From Gemmatimonadota bacterium (lineage in GTDB: Bacteria; 4572-55; J002): DNA of 46,618 bases. The stretch covers positions 1 to 46,618 of the forward strand of contig RFFQ01000025.1 of NCBI GenBank assembly GCA_003697105.1, read 5' to 3'. Of the stretch, positions 18,274 through 26,653 are shown piece after piece (positions within the stretch are counted from its first letter, which is position 1; each line of letters begins with the position of its first letter). The position numbers and the translations under genes are program-made. The notes beneath the pieces are model-generated. The model was not told where the DNA came from. It saw only the letters and a list, made by a program, of their open reading frames with translations, and made no database searches.

Positions 18274-19614
18274 ATGAAAACCACCACCGAATTTAACCAA
18301 ATGTATCTATCTGATTTTAAAAGGGTTGAGTCCAGTTTGAATGGCGCGAAAGATCATCCGGTTCATGCCTTGCGCCAAGCCGGAATCACCCGTTTTAATG
18401 AACTCGGTTTTCCGACGACACGCCATGAGGAATGGAAATATACCAATATTCTCCCGCTGGCAAAAACAACCTTTAAGGCGTCTTTTCGCTACGATGCCGC
18501 TGGAGTAACGCCGGAAACGGTGACGCACTTCAGTTTTGAAGGCTTGGATTGTATCCAGTTGGTTTTTGTGAACGGTCACTTTTCGGCGGAACTCTCCCAC
18601 ACCACCGATTTGCCGGAAGGTGTGACGGTCCTCAGTTTGGCGGAGGCGTTCAACTCTCACCCAGACCTCATCCAAGCGCATTTAGGTAAATATGCCGTGG
18701 CGGATGAAAATCCATTTGTGGCACTTAATAATGCTTTTATTCAGGATGGGGCATTTCTTCATGTGGCAAAAAATATTGTGCTGGAAAAGCCGGTTCATTT
18801 CCTCTATCTATCCAGTGCCCCAGATGAACCTGTTCGTTCCCATCCTCGCAACCTCTTTATTCTGGATACCGGCGCTCAGGTCAACGTTATTGAGCACTAC
18901 ACCGGAATCGAAAATCAAACATACTTTACCAATCCGGTCACGGAAGTGGTGCTTGCGGCTAATGCGGAAATTCATCTGATCCGCCTGCAGGATGAAAGCA
19001 AAAATGCCTACCATGTTTCGGCAACACAGGTTGTACAGCAACGGGACAGCCGGTTTTATGCCAACTCCTTCGATTTTGGAGCGAAAATTGTCCGTAATGA
19101 CCCGGGGATGCGTGCCGACGGGGAAGGTACGCATTCTGAACTCAATGGATTGTACGTACTCAACGGCGACCAGCATTGCGATAATCACACAGTGATTGAT
19201 CATGCCATGCCGAATGCGACCAGTCATGAAATTTATAAAGGTGTGCTGAGTGATAACGCTCGGGCGGTCTTCAATGGTAAAATTTTTGTCCGTCAGGACG
19301 CCCAAAAGATCGATTCGGTTCAAGAAAATAACAATATTTTGCTGAGTGATTCCGCCGAAGTGGATACCAAACCCCAACTGGAAATTTTTGCCGATGATGT
19401 GAAGTGTACCCACGGAGCAACCATCGGTAAATTAGATGATGAACCTATTTTTTATTTGCAAGCCCGCGGGATTGACCGTGAAAAAGCGAAGACCATCTTA
19501 ACCCATGCGTTTGCCTATCAGGTGATCGATTTTGTCCAAATCGAAGAAATGCACCCTTACTTGAACAAACTTCTTTCTGCACAGTTGAATGAAGCAATTG
19601 AGGTTGTCTTATGA
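18274..19614 (+). CDS. sufD: Fe-S cluster assembly protein SufD
   Basis: EEWKYT, PQLEIFADDVKCTHGAT, FYLQARGI; SD GGGAGG before ATG 18274. Confidence 0.95.
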   Translation: MKTTTEFNQMYLSDFKRVESSLNGAKDHPVHALRQAGITRFNELGFPTTRHEEWKYTNILPLAKTTFKASFRYDAAGVTPETVTHFSFEGLDCIQLVFVNGHFSAELSHTTDLPEGVTVLSLAEAFNSHPDLIQAHLGKYAVADENPFVALNNAFIQDGAFLHVAKNIVLEKPVHFLYLSSAPDEPVRSHPRNLFILDTGAQVNVIEHYTGIENQTYFTNPVTEVVLAANAEIHLIRLQDESKNAYHVSATQVVQQRDSRFYANSFDFGAKIVRNDPGMRADGEGTHSELNGLYVLNGDQHCDNHTVIDHAMPNATSHEIYKGVLSDNARAVFNGKIFVRQDAQKIDSVQENNNILLSDSAEVDTKPQLEIFADDVKCTHGATIGKLDDEPIFYLQARGIDREKAKTILTHAFAYQVIDFVQIEEMHPYLNKLLSAQLNEAIEVVL

Positions 19615-20843
19615 CCGCGAGTTTTGATGTTCACCGGATACGGCAAGATTTTCCGGTATTGATGCAGACTATTGGCAGTAAACCGCTGGTGTATCTGGAT
19701 AATGCCGCTACTAGCCAAAAGCCGCAAGTGGTTATCGACGTGATCCGGCGCTACTATGCGGAGATCAATGCCAATGTTCATCGGGGCGTTCATACTCTGA
19801 GCCAGAAAGCCACCGCGGCGTATGAGGAAGCACGTTTAAAGGTGAAAAGCTTCATCAATGCGCCATCCGAACGGCAGATCATCTTTACGCGGGGCACCAC
19901 GGACGGGATTAATTTGGTGGTACATTGCTACGGACGGCAGCATATTGGCGCCGGTGATGAAATCATTATTTCCGCGATGGAACACCATTCCAATATTGTG
20001 CCTTGGCAGATGTTGTGCGAGGAAAAAGGCGCAACCCTCCGGATCATCCCAATGAACGAACGCGGTGAATTGGAAATTGAGGCGTACAAACAGTTATTTT
20101 CCGAACGGACTCAATTTGTCTCGCTGGTACACATTTCCAACTCTTTGGGAACGGTTAATCCAATTGAAACAATGATCCAAATCGCTCACCAGCATGGTGT
20201 GCCGGTATTGATCGATGGGGCGCAAGCCGTACCTCACGCTCCGGTGGATGTCCAAGCATTAGATTGCGATTTTTACGCGTTTTCCGGTCATAAGATGTTC
20301 GCCGCCACAGGAATTGGAGTACTGTACGGTAAAGCAGACCTGTTGGAACGTATGCCCCCGTATCAAGGTGGCGGGGATATGATCCTCTCCGTTAGTTTTG
20401 ATAAAACCATTTACAATGAGATTCCCCATAAATTTGAAGCCGGTACCCCCCATATCTCTGGTGTGATTTCATTAGGGGCGGCTATTGATTATCTGAATCA
20501 AATCGGTCGTGTGGCGGCTATGGAGTATGAAAATGCGCTCTTGGATTATGCTACCGCTCAATTAGCCGATATACCGCGTGTGAACCTGATCGGGACTGCC
20601 CGGGAAAAAGCTAGTATTATTTCGTTTACCATTGATGAGGTTCACCCGCACGATATTGGCACATTGCTGGATATGGAGAGCATTGCCATTCGGGCAGGGC
20701 ATCACTGTACCCAGCCAGTGATGCAATGGTTTCAGATTCCCGCCACGGCACGAGCGTCATTTGCCTTTTATAATACGTATGAGGAAGTGGATCGTCTGGT
20801 TCAGGCGATTCATAAGGTAATAGAGGTGTTTCATCATGGATGA
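19611..20843 (+). CDS. sufS: Cysteine desulfurase SufS
   Basis: YLDNAATSQKP, EHHSNIVPW, FSGHKM (PLP Lys), RAGHHCTQP. Confidence 0.96.
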   Translation: MTASFDVHRIRQDFPVLMQTIGSKPLVYLDNAATSQKPQVVIDVIRRYYAEINANVHRGVHTLSQKATAAYEEARLKVKSFINAPSERQIIFTRGTTDGINLVVHCYGRQHIGAGDEIIISAMEHHSNIVPWQMLCEEKGATLRIIPMNERGELEIEAYKQLFSERTQFVSLVHISNSLGTVNPIETMIQIAHQHGVPVLIDGAQAVPHAPVDVQALDCDFYAFSGHKMFAATGIGVLYGKADLLERMPPYQGGGDMILSVSFDKTIYNEIPHKFEAGTPHISGVISLGAAIDYLNQIGRVAAMEYENALLDYATAQLADIPRVNLIGTAREKASIISFTIDEVHPHDIGTLLDMESIAIRAGHHCTQPVMQWFQIPATARASFAFYNTYEEVDRLVQAIHKVIEVFHHG

Positions 20844-21294
20844 ATATCGCGAACTATATCAGCAAATTATTTTAGATCACAATAAGAATCCGCGCAATTT
20901 TACCACCATTGACCCTAGCACGCATCACGCTGAAGGGTACAACCCGCTTTGTGGGGATCATTACACGATTTTCATGAATGTTGAAGGGGATGTTATTCGC
21001 AAGGTGGGTTTTCAAGGGAATGGTTGCGCGATTTCCAAAGCATCTGCCTCGGTCATGACAACATTACTGAAAGGCAAAACCATCGCCGAAGCGGAACATT
21101 TGCTGGAACTATTCCACGATGTGGTGATGGGGAAACAGGAACTGCCCAGTGATGATGATGACGATCCCGCTCTGGATAAGATTCGGGCGTTTGTAGGTGT
21201 ACGTGATTTTCCGGTGCGGGTTAAATGTGCCACATTACCGTGGCATGCCGCCAAGGCGGCCCTGCATGAGGCGGATCAGGTGTCAACGGAGTGA
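20836..21294 (+). CDS. sufU: SufU (NifU-family) sulfur-transfer protein
   Basis: NPLCGD, GCAISKASAS, RVKCATLPW. Confidence 0.93.
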   Translation: MDEYRELYQQIILDHNKNPRNFTTIDPSTHHAEGYNPLCGDHYTIFMNVEGDVIRKVGFQGNGCAISKASASVMTTLLKGKTIAEAEHLLELFHDVVMGKQELPSDDDDDPALDKIRAFVGVRDFPVRVKCATLPWHAAKAALHEADQVSTE

Positions 21295-21432
21295 TAATCA
21301 TATTTACATAATTTTTTAATTATCCCCGAGTATGGAAACCTGTGGTTAGGTTAGCGGATAACGGCGTGTCCCTTGGAGAGGGGCACATCGCTCGCTAAAT
21401 TGCATTTCACACATCAGGGTATAGGTGTTATC

Positions 21433-22050
21433 ATGGCATTTCTCGGCATATTCAAACGGGATGATGCGGATACAACCGCAACATCTTCATCGCTCTCTCA
21501 ACAACAAGTAATTGAGGTTTTAAAGCAGTGCTACCCGCCCAATAATCCCCAAAGCGTTTACGATTTAGGTCTTGTTTCGCTGGTGGAAGTGGAAAACGGC
21601 AACGTGCACATCGATTTGACGGTGGATCGACCAAAATCTCCAGAAACCAAAGCGCTGGTGGAGAAGATCGACGCTCAGGTGAGGACGCTGGGCGGACTGG
21701 AAGAACTTACAATTGATGTTCATGGGAAGAAAAATACCCAATCCACAGACCTAACCGAAGCGGATATCATCGACGTTATCAAAACCTGTTATGACCCGGA
21801 GATTCCGGTCAATATTTATGAATTAGGGCTGATTTACGGGATTGAAATTCTGGATGGCGGTGTCGTCGATATAAAAATGACGCTAACAGCTCCAAATTGT
21901 CCGGCGGCGCAATCCTTGCCGGAAGAGGTTCGTTACAAAATTAGCCAATTGGATGGGGTGCAAGATGTCAATGTTAATATTGTCTGGACGCCGCCTTGGA
22001 CTCCAGACTTAATGTCAGAAAGCGCACGGCTTGAACTCGGTATTTTCTAA
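21433..22050 (+). CDS. sufT: SufT/DUF59 (MIP18-like) Fe-S assembly protein with tandem DUF59 domains
   Basis: C-terminal domain YDPEIPVNIYELGLIY...MTLTAPNCP...PPWTPDLMS; N-terminal degenerate copy CYPPNNPQSVYDLGLV. Confidence 0.8.
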   Translation: MAFLGIFKRDDADTTATSSSLSQQQVIEVLKQCYPPNNPQSVYDLGLVSLVEVENGNVHIDLTVDRPKSPETKALVEKIDAQVRTLGGLEELTIDVHGKKNTQSTDLTEADIIDVIKTCYDPEIPVNIYELGLIYGIEILDGGVVDIKMTLTAPNCPAAQSLPEEVRYKISQLDGVQDVNVNIVWTPPWTPDLMSESARLELGIF

Positions 22051-22084
22051 ATTTCATCCTTTTTTCACAATAAAAGCAGGAGAT

Positions 22085-22627
22085 ATGTACATGGCGCGTA
22101 ATTTAATGGCAGGGCGTCCTCCGATTTATGACCCGGAGGCGGTAATTCCCATGCGGGACGAGTTAAAAGCAGTTGGATTTGAAGAATTACTAACTCCCGA
22201 AGATGTGGATCAGGCGATCCAAAATAATACAGGTACTCTATTGGTGGTGATCAACTCCGTTTGTGGGTGTGCCGCCGGCAGTGCCCGCCCCGGGGTTGCC
22301 CTGGCGTTACAACATACTACCATCCCCGATCGATTGATGACGGTGTTTGCTGGTATGGAGCGGGATGCGGTGGACCGCTTACGGGAATACCTCGTTGGGT
22401 ATCCCCCGTCATCCCCTTTTATGGTGATTTTTGAGGGTGACAAACCTGTGTTTGTCCTTCAACGAATGGACATTGAGGGTCATACTCCGCAGGAGATCGC
22501 GGCGGATTTAGCTTCCGCATTTGAAAAATATTGTTCTAAGCCCGGACCATCCATCTCTCCAGAAACCTTTGAAGAGCTGGGTTTTGCCCGATTTTGTGGC
22601 TCTAAAATCCCCAAGTTTGTTGCTTAA
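22085..22627 (+). CDS. BrxA/BrxB-family bacilliredoxin
   Basis: NSVCGCAAGSARP (CGC motif), TVFAG, PPSSP, IEGH; SD AGGAG. Confidence 0.88.
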   Translation: MYMARNLMAGRPPIYDPEAVIPMRDELKAVGFEELLTPEDVDQAIQNNTGTLLVVINSVCGCAAGSARPGVALALQHTTIPDRLMTVFAGMERDAVDRLREYLVGYPPSSPFMVIFEGDKPVFVLQRMDIEGHTPQEIAADLASAFEKYCSKPGPSISPETFEELGFARFCGSKIPKFVA

Positions 22628-22648
22628 CCCCAAGTATAGGGTAGGTTT

Positions 22649-23146
22649 ATGAAGTTTAGTACCCAAGAAGAGTATGGCTTACGGTGTTTGTTACATATTG
22701 CCAAGCAAGGTTGCGGGGGTAGCCAAACGATTTCAGAAATTAGTGAGGCAGAAGGGTTATCCAGCCATTATGTGGCAAAGTTGATGCGCATCTTGCGGCA
22801 AGGTGGTTTTGTCGCGAGTGTGCGGGGGCAAGCCGGTGGCTATGAATTAGCTCGCGCCGCAGACCAAATTCGGGTGAGTGAGGTGATCACCGTGTTGGGT
22901 GGTAAGTTTTTTGATGATGATTTTTGTGAGCGCCATGCCGGGGCGGAGGAATGTTGTATCCATTTGGATGTGGCGTGTTCCTTACGCGGATTATGGTTTC
23001 GTGTCCAAACGGCAGTGGATCAAGTTCTATCACAGACAACCTTGCAAGATTTGATTACACCGGAATCTTCTGGCGGTAGCCCGCTCATAAATATGGGTGA
23101 CTCCGGGGTACTAGAGTCGCAGATTTACTTGGGGCACGCCACGTAA
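22649..23146 (+). CDS. Rrf2-family transcriptional regulator (IscR/SufR-like)
   Basis: EEYGLRCLL, SVRGQAGGYELAR, Cys cluster FCERHAGAEECCIHLDVAC, TTLQDL. Confidence 0.92.
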   Translation: MKFSTQEEYGLRCLLHIAKQGCGGSQTISEISEAEGLSSHYVAKLMRILRQGGFVASVRGQAGGYELARAADQIRVSEVITVLGGKFFDDDFCERHAGAEECCIHLDVACSLRGLWFRVQTAVDQVLSQTTLQDLITPESSGGSPLINMGDSGVLESQIYLGHAT

Positions 23147-23225
23147 CTGCCTCTTTGGTAGTCGGTGTGCCATGCCCTAAAGCAAACACGCGCCATCATC
23201 TAGTAAGAACGATGATGGCGCTTTT

Positions 23226-24602
23226 TTATGAGGATTTATGGCGGGTGGTTTTTTGTTTGGCGCGTTTTAAGGTGGCATTCAACGTGGGCGTGATCGTTTT
23301 TATCAGAGCATTTAGCTCAGAGATATCCAGTTGTGCCGCTTTTTTGAGGAATGTGGCCGTGCGGGAGAAGAGCGTTTTTAATTTTTGGTACCGTTGGGGG
23401 TCTGTGTCAGACAATTCCCGAAAATATTGCCATATTTGGCGGGGCAATAGTTCGTTTAGAAAGGATTTGAGCCGTTGGTAATCCTCCTCCATCTGGTGAT
23501 ATTGGTTTCTTAGATTATCAAGTGCTTGGCGGGTCTGATCTGTGTGATGCTGGATTTGGACGTTGGTTAGTTGGCGGTTCGAGCGTTCCGCAAACAAAAT
23601 GGATTGGTAGTGATGGTACTGCTGGTAATGATAAAGTGCTTGCTGAGGTTGGTTCACTTCTTGATAGAGGGTGGCTAATAGATAGTGTGCCCGATGAATC
23701 TCCTCTTTATCTTGAATCTTTTCCGCCAGTTCCAAAGCGTTTGTTAAGTGGCTGGCGGCTTTATCTAAATCCCGGAATGACGTTTGAGAGAGCAGGTAAC
23801 ATTCACCCAATCCGATTAAAGCGACCATCTGATTATGTTTGTGTCCCACCTGTTTTGCCAGTGTCAACCCCAATTGGAATTGCGCCAAGGCGAGGTCATA
23901 TTGGTTGAGTTTCAGATGAATTCGTCCCATATCATTTAATGCAAAGACTTCCCCGTACCGGTTCCCCACGTGGCGGCAGATTTCTAGCCCGCGTTCATAA
24001 TATTTTAACGCGTCATCATACTTTTCCAACGTTGTATATATTTTCCCTAAGTTATTCACTGTAATACTTTCGCCGTGCATATTGCCTGTTTTTTGGCATT
24101 TATCCAGTGCTTCCAACATGTATTCCAGCGCTTTGGTTTCATCAAGCAAACTCATATAAACGAGACCAATGCTGATCAACACAAATGCTTCAATATAATT
24201 ATCGTTTTCTTGCTGGCACATTTTTAATGCTTTGAACCCAATTTCAAGTGCCGAGGAAAACTCTGCGAGACGGCGGTGTGCGTCTGCCAAGGTGTTTAGA
24301 AGTTGAATTTGTAAGGTGTGATCGTTTTCCCGTTCGGCATAGGGCATGGCTTCCATGATCAACCGTTTAGCCAGATCATAATGCCCCGATGAATAATAGC
24401 AAAATGCTTGCGTACGAAGGCTATATGCCTGCCCTTTTTCATAACCAATCTCTTTTGACAGGGCGATAGCTTCCGCTGCCAAATCCAGTGCGCGTTCCTG
24501 AATCGTTTGAAGTTCCCATGCCAGCTCATTCAATAGATCGATTCGTGCGGTACCGTGGGCACTTTGGAGTTGCTGTTCCAGTTGGATGATTTTTTCATTC
24601 AT
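23226..24602 (-). CDS. TPR-repeat protein without a recognisable output domain
   Basis: About 8 TPR-like repeats (NNLGKIY...YDDALKYYERGL) followed by a coiled coil and a short helical tail. Confidence 0.85.
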   Translation of the reverse strand: MNEKIIQLEQQLQSAHGTARIDLLNELAWELQTIQERALDLAAEAIALSKEIGYEKGQAYSLRTQAFCYYSSGHYDLAKRLIMEAMPYAERENDHTLQIQLLNTLADAHRRLAEFSSALEIGFKALKMCQQENDNYIEAFVLISIGLVYMSLLDETKALEYMLEALDKCQKTGNMHGESITVNNLGKIYTTLEKYDDALKYYERGLEICRHVGNRYGEVFALNDMGRIHLKLNQYDLALAQFQLGLTLAKQVGHKHNQMVALIGLGECYLLSQTSFRDLDKAASHLTNALELAEKIQDKEEIHRAHYLLATLYQEVNQPQQALYHYQQYHHYQSILFAERSNRQLTNVQIQHHTDQTRQALDNLRNQYHQMEEDYQRLKSFLNELLPRQIWQYFRELSDTDPQRYQKLKTLFSRTATFLKKAAQLDISELNALIKTITPTLNATLKRAKQKTTRHKSS

Positions 24603-25044
24603 GGGGATTCACCTTTTTAGTTGACAGGGATGACCAGTTCACACCCGGTCTCATTCGTCATGCCATCCGGGAAACACGGGCAATTTTGCCATTGTGAGAC
24701 CCCAGCGGGTTTCGCAAAACCCTATGTTTTTCTAGGATAGCATCCGCTAAAGACCGGATATAAGACCCACAACCTGCTTGATAGGCGAAAGTTGTGCCAA
24801 CCGAAATCAGACCAGCGCTAACTGGGGCTGTTCGGTGTTTCCAATTTTATCTAGTATATCATATTAGAGGGAATCTGTCCATCACTGAAAATAAAAATCG
24901 CATGAGACCGGTATTCAGGGCTTGACGTGGGATACACGCATGCGTTATTTTTTGAACATCTTTGAGCGCCGGTCTTTGGTTGCTCACATTTTTCAGCGCC
25001 AAAAAGGTAGTACTGGTACGATTAGGAAAGGGGTTAGTTGAGTC

Positions 25045-25356
25045 ATGCCGGATGTTATTGATGTTCCGCAAATAAAGCCCAAACCAGCTAAAGGAAGGGC
25101 TAAATCGGATAAACTTGATAAACTCCCGCGTTATGCCGTGATTCTGCATAATGATGATGAGCATTCAATGGATGAAGTGGTGGCGTATTTGATGCAGATT
25201 TTCGGATTTTCGCTTGGTAAAGCGACTTTGCACATGCTGGAGGCGCACTATGAAGGGCGCTCCACCGTGATGGTCACCCATCAGGAACGGGCAGAATTGT
25301 ACCGCGATAAGATGCGTTCTAAAACCCTCATTGCCTCTATTGAACGATTGGACTAA
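25045..25356 (+). CDS. clpS: ATP-dependent Clp protease adaptor ClpS
   Basis: YAVILHNDDEHSMDEVV, MLEAHYEGRS. Confidence 0.92.
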   Translation: MPDVIDVPQIKPKPAKGRAKSDKLDKLPRYAVILHNDDEHSMDEVVAYLMQIFGFSLGKATLHMLEAHYEGRSTVMVTHQERAELYRDKMRSKTLIASIERLD

Positions 25357-25363
25357 TCCCCGA

Positions 25364-26638
25364 ATGCTGCGACGAATCGCTCTTTACCTCATCGTGCTGG
25401 CCGGATTCTGGATTACAGGTGTGAAGGTAGCCTATCCCCAACCTGTGGAAGATCGGGGCTTGTGGGTGGTTCGGAATACTTTGACCTCTCCAACAGCAAT
25501 TGACGACCTCATTTACTGGGCTGTAAACGCCAATTTTAATTCGTTATTTGTACAAGTTTGCGGGCGGGGTGATGCCTATTACCGCTCCGAATTATTGCCC
25601 CCCGCAGAACCCTTTTTGGACAACCCACCGAGCTATGACCCCTTTGCCTATTTGGTGCAACAGGCGCATCGCTACGGGCTTGAAGTACATGCCTGGATTA
25701 ACGTATTTTACATTTGGTCCGCCGCGAATCCACCCCGTTCCGCGCGCCACATCTATTATCGCCATCCCGACTGGATTATGACCGATCAGGATGGGCGTTC
25801 TATGCGGGATTATACCCACACGGAACGCCGGCAAAAAGGAGTGGAAGGCATTTTTATTTCACCCGGTATTCCACAAGTGCGCAACCATTTACGCGAGATT
25901 GTGAATGAAATTCTCGAACAATATCCCGTGGATGGGATTCATCTGGATTATGTGCGCTATCCAGGTGCCTCCTATTCATTTGATTTTGTAACCCGCCACC
26001 GCTTTGAGCGAAAAGCAAAAGTTGACCCTTATGCCTTGCTTAATAATCAGTTGACCTTTCCGAGTACGGAAGAATTTTTGGCAAAAGTAAATGAGTGGAA
26101 CCAGTGGCGGGCAGATCAAATTACCCGGCTTGTACGGGCATTGCATTATGACATCAGCCGTAAACGTCCGCAGGTGAAACTTTCTGCCGCGGTGATTGCG
26201 GATGTGGAACGAGCGTATTATCGCTTTGGGCAAAAATGGGCAGATTGGTTGGCGGAAGGTATCTTAGATTTTGCCGTGCCTATGGCATACACCACAAACA
26301 TGGCAGATTTTGAGACTTATGTCCGTGATGCCGTGGCTCTGGCGGGTGACCGCCCTGTTTATGTGGGTATTGGCGTCTGGAACAAGCCGTTTGAGGATGC
26401 TTTGTTACAAATTCAAAAATGCCGGGCAGAAGGCGTGCAGGGTGTCGTGCTTTTTTCTCACAATGCGCTAACTCAACGTCCTGAATGGTATCTGGCTCTC
26501 CGGCAGGGTGCTTTTCGGGAACGTACTCTCCGCCCGGAAATGCCGTGGAAAGGTGTTCCGGAAATCGCTATTGAAAATGAAATGGAGTGGAAAATCCCAC
26601 CACTGCAGTGGTTAATCCCCAATTTAGTCCTCGATTAA
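25364..26638 (+). CDS. GHL10 (DUF187, YddW/DigH-like) glycoside hydrolase
   Basis: RGLWV, FVQVCGRGDAYY, GLEVHAWIN, VDGIHLDYVRYP, PMAY; N-terminal signal. Confidence 0.85.
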   Translation: MLRRIALYLIVLAGFWITGVKVAYPQPVEDRGLWVVRNTLTSPTAIDDLIYWAVNANFNSLFVQVCGRGDAYYRSELLPPAEPFLDNPPSYDPFAYLVQQAHRYGLEVHAWINVFYIWSAANPPRSARHIYYRHPDWIMTDQDGRSMRDYTHTERRQKGVEGIFISPGIPQVRNHLREIVNEILEQYPVDGIHLDYVRYPGASYSFDFVTRHRFERKAKVDPYALLNNQLTFPSTEEFLAKVNEWNQWRADQITRLVRALHYDISRKRPQVKLSAAVIADVERAYYRFGQKWADWLAEGILDFAVPMAYTTNMADFETYVRDAVALAGDRPVYVGIGVWNKPFEDALLQIQKCRAEGVQGVVLFSHNALTQRPEWYLALRQGAFRERTLRPEMPWKGVPEIAIENEMEWKIPPLQWLIPNLVLD

Positions 26639-26653
26639 GCATTCATACCGGAG

